The notes under the pieces: generated by a model
Seen by the model: only the letters and a program-made list of their open reading frames with translations
The model's database searches: none
Told to the model about the DNA's origin: nothing
Shown here: positions 50,663-62,100 of the stretch, piece by piece
Layout: every line of letters starts with the position of its first letter
How positions within the stretch are numbered: the first letter of the stretch is position 1
Assembly: GCA_950097015.1 (NCBI GenBank)
Contig: CATNEN010000038.1
Span: 26,722,001-26,786,000 of the forward strand
Length of the DNA stretch: 64,000 nt
Source of the DNA: Macrostomum hystrix
Lineage: Eukaryota > Animalia > Platyhelminthes
Direction of reading: 5' to 3'
Program-made: the position numbers and the translations under genes

Positions 50663-50722
50663 AAGCAGCAGCAGCAGCAGCAGCAGCACAAGCAGCAGCA
50701 GCAGCATCAGCAGCAGCAGCAT

Positions 50723-50764
<42 letters not shown>

Positions 50765-50775
50765 CAACAGCAGCA

Positions 50776-50818
<43 letters not shown>

Positions 50819-51434
50819 CAGCACAAGCAGCAGCAGCAGCAGCAGCTTCAGCACAAGCAGCATCAGCACAAGCAGCAACAACAGCAGCAGCAGCAGCAGC
50901 GGCAGCAACAGCAGCAGCAGCATCAGCACAAGCAGCACAAGCAGCAAAAACAGCAGCAGCAGCAGCGGCAGCATCAGCACAAGCAGCAGCAGCATCCTGA
51001 CACTGTTTTGATCGCATCGTATGCAAATGCATCACTTATTTACAATGCCTGGGCATTACATTTGCTAACCCCACCAAGGTGTCAACCATGAAGTTAGCCA
51101 ATAAAATCCCATATTACAGCATCGCTAATTTATATTAGCTATTTTAGAGCTGTAAAGTTTGCACCGACAACACTAATGTCGGATGAGTTGTAAAAAAATC
51201 AATGCGGTTCTGCATCCTGATCTGCGGACTCGTGATTACGAACATAAAACTTTTTTTATAAAGTCTGCATGGGTTCGAGAATCTTAATTGACTACTCGGG
51301 ATTCGGATTGACACTTTACCGTTCACTTTATCGACACTTGCAACACCTGAAGGCCGATTATGCAATAAAAACTGAAAACTGCTTTTTATTACTCGCGTAC
51401 GAACTATAGGCAATTCACTCAAACCATCTACTAG

Positions 51435-51895
51435 GAATCGATCTTTCAGGTATTGGGTTTCGATCTTTCAGGTGTTGGGATTCGATCATTCAGGTGTTGG
51501 GATTCGATCTTTTAGGTGTTGGGATTCGATCTTTCTGGTGAGGGATTTGATCTTTCTGGTGAGGGATTCGATCTTTCAGGTATTGGGTTTCGATCTTTCA
51601 GGTGTTGGGATTTGATCATTCAGGTGTTGGGATTCGATCATTCGGGTGTTGAGATTCGATCTTTCAGGTGTTGGGATATTCAGGTGTTGGGATTCGATCA
51701 TTCAGGTGTTGAGATTCGATCATTCAGGTGTTGAGATTCGATCATTCAGGTGTTGGGATTCGATCTTTCAGGTGTTGGGATTCGATCTTTCAGGTGTTGG
51801 GATATTCAGGTGTTGGGATTCGATCATTCAGGTGTTGAGATTCGATCATTCAGGTGTTGGGATTCGATCTTTCAGGTGTTGGGATTCGATCTTCT
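51435..51895. repeat. 22-bp minisatellite (GGGATTCGATCTTTCAGGTGTT)
   Basis: About 21 tandem copies with some shortened variants. Confidence 0.94.
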
Positions 51896-52458
51896 GAATT
51901 TGTGATTGAAGAGGCCTTAAAAATTAACCCCGTAATAGTTTTTTAAACTTGCATCTAAATATGTTGAATTTCGCAACACAAAACTACCCTGAACAATGTG
52001 CCTGAGTCAGTCAATGCTAGATAGGGCTCAACAGGACCGGAATTTTTGCGCTTCTCTTACGCAAGACGCGGAATCCAAGAGTAGAAATGTTTCAACAAAC
52101 AAGAATTGATATATGAAAAACTGTTGCACAACAACCTGCTTAGTTAACTTGTTCAACACAGGTTACTTCATTTTAAAGAACGCATGTAGAGAGGAAGATG
52201 GGAAGAGAGGCAGAATTATTAACTGTAAAGTGATGCAATTTTGACGTCTCTTGCAATTCTGCAATGAAAATTGCTGTGATTAACAAACAAATCTAATCAG
52301 CAAGCGTTTAGCAAATCTATTGAAAACTTTCCCCAGATAAATATGTGAACAGAATTGCGAAAACTTGTGCGATAAGGTCCAGGCATCACCACTAGATTAA
52401 TAGAGTTCGAGGAATAACCATATAGGAGATAAAGAGAAGGAGTTATAGATGAGGAAGA

Positions 52459-53022
52459 GGAAGGATAGATGGGCAGAAGGATAGATGGGGAGAAGGAAGG
52501 ATAGATTGGCAGAAGGATTGATGGAGAGAAGGATAGATGGGGAGAAGGATAGATGGGCAGAAGGATAGATGGGCAGAAAAATAGATGGGCAGAAGGAGAA
52601 GGATAGATGTGGAGAAGGAAGGATAGATGTGCAGAAAAATAGATAGGCAGAAGGAGAAGGATAGATGTGGAGAAGGAAGGAAAGATGGGTAGAAGGATAG
52701 ATGTGGAGAAGGAAGGAAAGATGGGTAGAAGGATAGATGGGGAGAAGGATAGATGGGGAGAAGGATAGATGGGCAGAAGGAAGGATAGATGGGGAGAAGG
52801 AAGGATAGATGGGCAGAAGGAAGGATAGATGGGGAGAAGGATAGATGGGCAGAAGGAAGGATAGATGGGGAGAAGGATAGATGGGCAGAAGGAAGGATAG
52901 ATGGGGAGAAGGATAGATGGGGAGAAGGAAGGATAGATGGGGAGAAGGATAGATGGGGAGAAGGATAGATGGGGAGAAGGAAGGATAGATGGGGAGAAGG
53001 ATAGATAAATAGAAGGGCAGAT
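52459..53022. repeat. Purine-rich 16/20-bp minisatellite (GAAGGATAGATGGGGA)
   Basis: Tandem units with an optional extra GAAG. Confidence 0.92.
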
Positions 53023-53671
53023 GATTGTCACAAACGGTCATCACTAGAGGAGAACATGAGGCTAGAATAATGAGCCGAGTTATCCGTTTGCAGTTAAAAC
53101 CGATAGTTCAGTTGCTCCGAATTCAATAATAATTAATCAGATACGAGCGTCAGAGATCAGGATGACGAGCTTCAGTCAGCTGCAGTGCTGGGCTTAACTA
53201 ACTAGCACAGGCATAAAAATGAGAATTTAGAATTTTATTATAACCTAGCACATATATATATATATATTGTCCGCCACCCTCCTACACGAAGGTCCTCTTC
53301 GACTCTACGCGTCCAAAGCCTTCGGGAATCATAAAATTATTTAACGACTCCCGCATAAGGCCGGTCCCTCTGTCTCTGGGGCTCCTGTACGCAGCACACC
53401 CACACCCACTTGTGCTAGGGTGGGTCCCGTATATACTCCTATATTAGTGAGACCAGAATTTCGAGTTTAAATTTATTCATTCGCTTCCCAATTTGAAACA
53501 GAAAAACACAAGGAAATATCTAGTTTTTTTAAGCCGAAATTTCAGGGAATAAATATTAGCTTAAGGATTGAATTCAGTTTAGCGGGAATCTGGATTCTGT
53601 GTTCTAGGGGACAAAGTGCAGTCTGATAAAGGAATCAGGGCGAAAAGCTGCTTGGAGAGTTGTGGGGTAGT

Positions 53672-54306
53672 GGGGTAGCAAGGGGGCAGTCAGCAGGGTA
53701 GCTAGGGGGCAGTCAGCAGGGTAGCTAGGGGGCAGTCAGCAGGGTAGCAAGGGGGCAGTCAGCAGGGTAGCTAGGGGGCAGTCAGCAGGGTAGCTAGGGG
53801 GCAGTCAGCAGGGTAGCTAGGGGGCAGTCAGCAGGGTAGCTAGGGGGCAGTCAGCAGGGTAGCTAGGGGGCAGTCAGCAGGGTAGCTAGGGTGCAGTCAG
53901 CAGGGTAGCTAGGGGGCAGTCAGCAGGGTAGCTAGGGGGCAGTCAGCAGGGTAGCAAGGGGGCAGTCAGCAGGGTAGCTAGGGTGCAGTCAGCAGGGTAG
54001 CTAGGGGGCAGTCAGCAGGGTAGCTAGGGGGGCAGTCAGCAGGGTAGCTAGGGGGCAGTCAGCAGGGTAGCAAGGGGGCAGTCAGCAGGGTAGCTAGGGG
54101 GGCAGTCAACAGGGTAGCTAGGGGGGCAGTCAGCAGGGTAGCAAGGGAGTAGTCAGCAGGGTAGCTAGGGGGGCAGTCAACAGGGTAGCTAGGGGGGCAG
54201 TCAGCAGGGTAGCAAGGGAGTAGTCAGCAGGGTAGCTAGGGGGGCAGTCAGCAGGGTAGCTAGGGGGGCAGTCAGCAGGGTAGCAAGGGGGCAGTCAGCA
54301 GGGTAG
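53672..54306. repeat. G-rich 23/24-bp minisatellite (GGGTAGCTAGGGGGCAGTCAGCA)
   Basis: About 27 tandem copies. Confidence 0.95.
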
Positions 54307-55258
54307 ATTGAGAAAGTGGGGATCAATAATGCCGACACGAACTTATTTCCTGTTGCTTTTGAGTAGAGGGCATACATTCATTAAACTCCACTACTGAAGC
54401 CAGTAGTTTTGCATTGTAGTAAAGCGGCAGTAAATAAGTGACACGACAAGGAAGCAAGGTAAAGTCCATTGTGAAGCAGTTTTTAAACGAGTACCTGAAC
54501 AAGGTTAGCAGTTACGAAGTGAATTCAAGGATAACGATTTATGTCATAAGTAAAAATTGAAGATTCACAACAAAAAATATTTGTTACAGATTTGGACAAG
54601 CTGAGAAGCTGACAATATAGCAAAGAAAAAATATGCACATTTTACTACTTATAGTAAACTTGCTCTTTCTTTTAAAAGGAATGTGAGCGGAAGACACAAA
54701 ACTAAAATAGCTCATTTTATCGTCTTAAAAAACGGAGAATTTCACTGAGCAGCTAACGAAGCAACGTTTTCTATAAAAATTACCTTTGTTTTTGACGTTA
54801 CTTTACTTAAGTAACGAATTAATTTTTTGTATTTCTGCATTTTTTAAACATTTTAACGTTGCTCGTACAAGTAACGGAGAAGTAACGAGTTTCGTGCTCA
54901 ACATAACTGAAAATCATGCACTTAGATCTCGACTTTTAAAACTCAATGCCTTAGAAAAACAAACAATAAATATTGGAGATTTTGGAAAGCGTCGAAAAAA
55001 CGGTATTTAGACACATAAGAGAGTACCAAACAAAAAAGAAAAAAAACCAAGCAAAAAAAGCTGAAGCAGAAGTTAAAAAAATAGTAGCTCAGAAACTATC
55101 TAAGAAGCGATTCGATGTCTTATAACAAACATCTTTTAGAGGAATCAACTTTTTTTCGCTGGCAACCAATCAGACACTGAAACAGAAGTTAACACACAAA
55201 CGAACTGTAATTAGAAGACCGCTTCAAATCTCTAGCCTGTCAGTTTATCACTAACTGT

Positions 55259-55549
55259 TTATGACTCTGAGCTATCCGAGTCGGACAGCGGTTGACCATC
55301 CGCATCTTCAAGGCTATCCGTTTTAGCTGAATTCTCCTTAAAATCAGGAGCGGCGGAAGCAGCGGAGGCGGCTGCTGCTGCCGCTGCTGCAGTTGCACCG
55401 ACTGATTGAGAAGCGAATTGAGCAGATCGATGATGAAAGTAGGACCGATCCGGCTGCATATCGGAGCCAGATTCAGAAGTGAATCGATGCTGCTTCTGCT
55501 GCTGAAGAGATCGACGAGAACGATTTGGACGACGGAATAGCGTCACCTC
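55259..55549 (-). CDS. vps26: VPS26 last exon
   Basis: ctgctttcag|GAG. EVTLFRR corresponds to EIILWRK in VPS26, followed by an Ala/Ser-rich extension ending in TAA. Confidence 0.8.
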   Translation of the reverse strand, partial: EVTLFRRPNRSRRSLQQQKQHRFTSESGSDMQPDRSYFHHRSAQFASQSVGATAAAAAAAASAASAAPDFKENSAKTDSLEDADGQPLSDSDSSES

Positions 55550-55607
55550 CTGAAAGCAGAGGGGAAACAATACACGTTCGCGATCTGGAAGACAATGGGG
55601 CATCAGT

Positions 55608-57525
55608 GAAGACAGTGGAGTGATAGGAGACGCTGTGGAGTGTCAGGTGAGGCAGTGGAGTGACAGGAGACGCAGTGGAGTGACAGGAGACGCAGTGGAG
55701 TGACAGGAGAGGCAGTGGAGTGAAAGGTGAGGCAATGGAGTGACAGGAGAGGCAGTAGAGTGACATGTGAGGCAGTGGAGTGACACGAGACGCTGTGGAG
55801 TGACAGGAGACGCTGTGGAGTGACAGGTGAGGCAGTGGAGTGACAGGATAGGCAGTGGAGCGACAGGTGAGGCAGTGGAGTGACAGGAGACGCTATGGAG
55901 TGAGAGGTGAGGCAGTGGAGTGACAGGAGACACTTTGGAATGACAGGAGAGGCAGTAGAGTGACAGGTGAGGCAGTGGAGTGACAGGAGACACTTTGGAG
56001 TGACAGGAGAGGCAGTAGAGTGACAGGTGAGGCAGTAGAGTGACAGGTGAGGCAGTGGAGTGACAGGAGAGGCAGTAGAGTGACAGGAGACGCTGTGGAG
56101 TGACAGGTGAGGCAGTGGAGTGACAGGATGGGCAGTGGAGCGACAGGTGAGGCAGTGGAGTGACAGGAGACGCTGTGGAGTGACAGGTGAGGCAGTGGAG
56201 TGACAGGAGACACTTTGGAGTGACAGGAGAGGCAGTAGAGTGACAGGTGAGGCAGTGGAGTGACAGGTGAGGCAGGGGAGTGACAGGAGAGGCAGTAGAG
56301 TGACAGGTGAGGCAGTGGAGTGACAGGAGACACTTTGGAGTGACAGGAGAGGCAGTAGAGTGACAGGTGAGGCAGTGGAGTGACAGGAGAGGCAGTAGAG
56401 TGACAGGTGAGGCAGTGGAGTGACAGGAGACACTTTGGAGTGACAGGAGAGGCAGTAGAGTGACAGGTGAGGCAGTGGAGTGACAGGTGAGGCAGTGGAG
56501 TGACAGGTGAGGCAGGGGAGTGACAGGAGAGGCAGTGGAGTGACAGGAGACGCTGTGGAGTGACAGGAGAGGCAGTGGAGTGACAGGTGAGGCAGTGGAG
56601 TGACAGGTGAGGCATTAGAGTGATAGGAGACGCTGTGGAGTGACAGGTGAGGCAGTGGAGTGACAGGAGACGCTGTGGAGTGACAGGAGAGGCAGTGGAG
56701 TGACAGGTGAGGCAGTGGAGTGACAGGTGAGGCATTAGAGTGACAGGAGACGCTGTGGAGTGACATATGAGGCAGTGGAGTGACAGGTGAGGCAGTGGAG
56801 TGGCAGGTGAGGCATTAGAGTGACAGGAGACGCTGTGGAGTGACAGATGAGGCAGTGGAGTGACAGGAGACGCTGTGGAGTGACAGGAGAGGCAGTGGAG
56901 TGACAGGTGAGGCAGTGGAGTGACAGGTGAGGCATTAGAGTGACAGGAGAGGCAGTGGAGTGACAGGAGACGCTGTGGAGTGACAGGTGAGGCATTAGAG
57001 TGACAGGAGACGCTGTGGAGTGACAGGAGAGGCAGTGGAGTGACAGGTGAGGCAGTGGAGTGACAGGTGAGGCATTAGAGTGACAGGAGACGCTGTGGAG
57101 TGACAGGAGACGCTGTGGAGTGACAGGTGAGGCAGTGGAGTGACAGGTGAGGCATTAGAGTGACAGGTGAGGCAGTGGAGTGACAGGTGAGGCATTAGAG
57201 TGACAGGAGACGCTGTGGAGTGACAGGTGAGGCAGTGGAGTGACAGGTGAGGTAGTGGAGTGACAGGTGAGGCAGTGGAGTGACAGGTGAGGCAGTGGAG
57301 TGACAGGTGAGGCATTAGAGTGACAGGTGAGGCAGTGGAGTGACAGGTGAGGCAGTGGAGTGACAGGTGAGGCAGTAGAGTGACAGGAGACGCAGTGGAG
57401 TGACAGGAGAGGCATTAGAGTGACAGGAGACGCTGTGGAGTGACAGGAGACGCTGTGGAGTGACAGGTGAGGCATTAGAGTGACAGGAGACGCTGTGGAG
57501 TGACATATGAGGCAGTAGGGTGTCA
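55608..57525. repeat. 20-bp minisatellite (TGACAGGTGAGGCAGTGGAG)
   Basis: About 95 in-register copies that fill nearly all of the last VPS26 intron. Confidence 0.98.
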
Positions 57526-57579
57526 GTAGACTTAGGGAGACTATTGCAAGCACAGGTGAGCAGGACATGGAGCACAGAC

Positions 57580-58063
57580 ATGCTGCTTGAAGTAGCGCCT
57601 CTCCTCCTCGTCAATGAGCACCAGGTTGAGAAAGTATCGCACAGAGAATCGCTTATTAACATCTCGCATTGTTGGTCCCAAATCGTAGCCGCTAAGGAAG
57701 ATTCGAATCGGTATAGTCTCGCCCTTAACGGGTGCGCCGTCCATAATCTCAAATTTGGCCACTGTTTCGCAGTCGCTAAGGCTGCTGGGGCCCAGGCCCA
57801 CCAGTTCCCTGCGCAATATTTGCACCTCCATATGGCGCACCTTGATGCGTACAAGCAGGAAATAGATCTTGCCAATAATGGCGTCCTTCAGGTGGTACTT
57901 GGATTTGTTATACTCGAATTCAATGTGCAGACAGTCCTCGATGCCAACTTCCATTTTGATGCCCCCAATAGAATCGGGGTACTGCGCCAAGGTGTGCACT
58001 AGGAAGTCCTGCTCCTTTACTATGTCGTTGAGACGCTTGGATATTGTGACGCGAATAAAGTAC
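57580..58063 (-). CDS. vps26: VPS26 penultimate exon
   Basis: YFIRVTISKRL...IKMEVGIEDCLHIEFEYNKSKYHLKD...GKIYFLLVRIK...EIMDGAPVKGETIPIR...FSVRYFLNLVLIDEEERRYFKQH, which is hallmark retromer VPS26 sequence. Acceptor gacag|G, donor |gtctgt. Confidence 0.97.
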
Positions 58064-58176
58064 CTGTCGTTTGGAAAGAAATCAACTAGCTCATTTTTTT
58101 ATTGATTACACCTGTCCCAATCGGGCCAGATGTGCAGCCGGCAGCACAGCCGCAGATATTGCGCGGCGCATCTGAA

Positions 58177-58390
58177 GACTGCGTACAGCTGTTCAGTCCA
58201 TGGACTGGGGGGACGCCACACCCACCTTCAATTATCCCAGCTGATGCTGGTACCCATTTAACAGCTGGGTGAACTGAAGCAATGCAGAGTTAAGTGTCTT
58301 GCTAAAGGACACAAATTGTTCCAGTGGAGTCGGGAATCGAACCCCGACCTTCAAGTCGTGAGTCCGACGCCCTAACCACTAGGCTACAAC
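58177..58390 (-). mobile_element. tRNA-derived CORE-like SINE (best-preserved copy), in a VPS26 intron
   Basis: Head GTTGTAGCCTAGTGGTTAGGGCGTCGGACTCACGACTTGAAGGTCGGGGTTCGATTCCCG. Central TGTGTCCTTTAGCAAGACACTTAACTCTGCATTGCTTCAGTTCACCCAGCTGTTAAATGGG. Tail palindrome CAGTCCATGGACTG. Confidence 0.87.
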
Positions 58391-58931
58391 TTTCCTAGCT
58401 CATATACTACTTTATCTATTTATAAAATTGGTCCCAGCATTAGCTAAGCGTAGAAATTTAGGTTCGCGTGGCTGCCTCCACAGTCCATGGACTGAACAGT
58501 TGTACCATCCGGCTCTGAGTCTAGAAACTGGGGAGAGAACTCCCCGCTAAACCGCTATTTTCCGGACCAGTGTAGGCTCACTGGTTAAATTAAAAAAATT
58601 AAAAAAAATGCTATTTAGCAGTGCACAACCTCAGAAAGTTGTGATTCAGAAAACTTATTTTATTTACCGCCACATTTTAAGGCTAGGTACTCGTAGCTTA
58701 AATTGTAGTTAAGTGCAGTTTAATTGCAACTTTTCAAATTTACGTCTGTAAGATATGAAAATTCGTGTCTTGCTTCAACTTCAGCATAAATGTAGAGAAT
58801 TTATTCAGCTTTCTAACACTGTTGCAAGCAGTGCAGAAGATATCGTATTTCTCGTATTTCCTATCTGCTTAGTGCTATATGCTTACTATCTAACCTATTT
58901 AGATTATAGGATTATATTAGAAACAGCGCAC

Positions 58932-59088
58932 CTGAGTTTGACATTGACTCCAAAATAGCTCTCGTAGGGTTTCTCAACGCTGACAAACTCGAAGCCGAGA
59001 GAGCAGCTCTGTGTTAGCACACCGGGTCGGGCCAGTTCGCGAGCCATAGATAGGAACTCGTGCTGACTGCTGCGGTCAGAGAATTGCT
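58932..59088 (-). CDS. vps26: VPS26 internal exon (upstream exons lie beyond the window)
   Basis: cccgcag|AG. QFSDRSSQHEFLSMARELARPGVLTQSCSLGFEFVSVEKPYESYFGVNVKL AG|gtgcg. Phase 2 joins the next exon. Confidence 0.93.
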
Positions 59089-59109
59089 CTGCGGGATGTG
59101 GCGAATATT

Positions 59110-62100
59110 GGATGCTGGGATCAGATAGTGGGAAATGGATTGGGATCAGAATGGTGGATGATGAATGAAGGGATCAGTGGGATCAGAATAGTAAATGCTG
59201 GATATTGGGATCAGTGGGATCAGAATAGTGAATGCTGGATATTGGGATCAGTGGGATCAGAATAGTGAATGCTGGATATTGGGATCAGTGGGATCAGAAT
59301 AGTGAATGCTGGATATTGGAATCAGTGGGATCAGAATAGTGAATGCTGGATATTGGGATCAGTGGGATCAGAATAGTGAATGCTGGATATTGGGATCAGT
59401 GGGATCAGTATAGTGGATGGTGGATATTGGGATCAGTTGGATCAGAATAGTGAATGCTGGATATTGGGATCAGTGGGATCAGTATAGTGGATGGTGGATA
59501 TTGGGATCAGTGGGATCAGTATAGTGGATGGTGGATATTGGGATCAGTGGGATCAGAATAGTGAATGCTGGATATTGGGATCAGTGGGATCAGTATAGTG
59601 GATGGTGGATATAGGGATCAGTGGGATCAGAATAGTGAATGCTGGATATTGGGATCAGTGGGATCAGAATAGTGGATGGTGGGTATTGGGATCAGTGGGA
59701 TCAGAATAGTGAATGCTGGATATTGGGATCAGTGGGATCAGTATAGTGGATGGTGGATATTGGGATCAGTGGGATCAGTATAGTGGATGGTGGATATTGG
59801 GATCAGTGGGATCAGAATAGTGAATGCTGGATATTGGGATCAGTGGGATCAGAATAGTGAATGCTGGATATTGGGATCAGTGGGATCAGAATAGTGAATG
59901 CTGGATATTGGGATCAGTGGGATCAGTATAGTGGATGGTGGATATTGGGATCAGTGGGATCAGAATAGTGAATGCTGGATATTGGGATCAGTGGGATCAG
60001 TATAGTGGATGGTGGATATTGGGATCAGTGGGATCAGAATAGTGAATGCTGGATATTGGGATCAGTGGGATCAGAATAGTGAATGCTGGATATTGGGATC
60101 AGTGGGATCAGAATAGTGAATGCTGGATATTGGGATCAGTAGGATCAGAATAGTGAATGCTGGATGTTGGGATCAGTAGGATCAGAATAGTGACTGCTGG
60201 ATATTGGGATCAGTGGGATCAGTTTAGTGGATGGTGGATATTGGGATCAGTGGGATCAGAATAGTGAATGCTGGATATTGGGATCAGTGGGATCAGAATA
60301 GTAAATGCTGGATATTGGGATCAGTGGGATCAGAATAGTGAATGCTGGATATTGGGATCAGTGGGATCAGAATAGTGAATGCTGGATATTGGGATCAGTA
60401 GGATCAGAATAGTGAATGCTGGATGTTGGGATCAGTAGGATCAGAATAGTGAATGCTGGATATTGGGATCAGTGGGATCAGAATAGTGAATGCTGGATAT
60501 TGGGATCAGAATAGTGAATGCTGGATGTTGGGATCAGAATAGTGAATGCTGGATGTTGGGATCAGTAGGATCAGAATAGTGAATGCTGGATATTGGGATC
60601 AGTGGGATCAGAATAGTGAATGCTGGATATTGGGATCAGAATAGTGAATGCTGGATGTTGGGATCAGAATAGTGAATGCTGGATGTTGGGATCAGTAGGA
60701 TCAGAATAGTGAATGCTGGATATTGGGATCAGTGGGATCAGAATAGTGAATGCTGGATATTGGGATCAGAATAGTGAATGATGGATATTGGGATCAGTGG
60801 GATCAGAATAGTGAATGCTGGATATTGGGATCAGAATAGTGAATGCTGGATGTTGGGATCAGTAGGATCAGAATAGTGAATGCTGGATATTGGGATCAGT
60901 GGGATCAGAATAGTGAATGCTGGATATTGGGATCAGAATAGTGAATGCTGGATGTTGGGATCAGAATAGTGAATGCTGGATGTTGGGATCAGTAGGATCA
61001 GAATAGTGAATGCTGGATATTGGGATCAGTGGGATCAGAATAGTGAATGCTGGATATTGGGATCAGAATAGTGAATGCTGGATGTTGGGATCAGAATAGT
61101 GAATGCTGGATGTTGGGATCAGTAGGATCAGAATAGTGAATGCTGGATATTGGGATCAGTGGGATCAGAATAGTGAATGCTGGATATTGGGATCAGTGGG
61201 ATCAGAATAGTGAATGCTGGATATTGGGATCAGTAGGATCAGAATAGTGAATGCTGGATGTTAGGATCAGTAGGATCAGAATAGTGAATGCTGGATATTG
61301 GGATCAGTGGGATCAGAATAGTGAATGCTGGATATTGGGATCAGAATAGTGAATGCTGGATGTTGGGATCAGAATAGTGAATGCTGGATGTTGGGATCAG
61401 TAGGATCAGAATAGTGAATGCTGGATATTGGGATCAGTGGGATCAGAATAGTGAATGCTGGATATTGGGATCAGAATAGTGAATGCTGGATGTTGGGATC
61501 AGAATAGTGAATGCTGGATGTTGGGATCAGTAGGATCAGAATAGTGAATGCTGGATATTGGGATCAGTGGGATCAGAATAGTGAATGCTGGATATTGGGA
61601 TCAGAATAGTGAATGATGGATATTGGGATCAGTGGGATCAGAATAGTGAATGCTGGATATTGGGATCAGAATAGTGAATGCTGGATGTTGGGATCAGTAG
61701 GATCAGAATAGTGAATGCTGGATATTGGGATCAGTGGGATCAGAATAGTGAATGCTGGATATTGGGATCAGAATAGTGAATGCTGGATGTTGGGATCAGA
61801 ATAGTGAATGCTGGATGTTGGGATCAGTAGGATCAGAATAGTGAATGCTGGATATTGGGATCAGTGGGATCAGAATAGTGAATGCTGGATATTGGGATCA
61901 GAATAGTGAATGCTGGATGTTGGGATCAGAATAGTGAATGCTGGATGTTGGGATCAGTAGGATCAGAATAGTGAATGCTGGATATTGGGATCAGTGGGAT
62001 CAGAATAGTGAATGCTGGATATTGGGATCAGAATAGTGAATGCTGGATGTTGGGATCAGAATAGTGAATGCTGGATGTTGGGATCAGTAGGATCAGAATA

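Larger units (their letters stand above)
47757..50995. repeat. Compound (CAG)n microsatellite split into three blocks (47757-47892, 49506-49558, 50663-50995) by two retrotransposons
   Basis: All three blocks share CAG runs interrupted by CATCAGCACAAG; CAA interruptions also occur. Confidence 0.9.

Noticed and set aside
49584-51035. Antisense ORFs and polyA/polyL ORFs over retroelement B and the CAG block
   Set aside because: They are shadows of GC-rich coding sequence and triplet repeats.
55473-57568. His/Cys-rich repeat ORFs
   Set aside because: They are translations of the 20-bp satellite in the last VPS26 intron.
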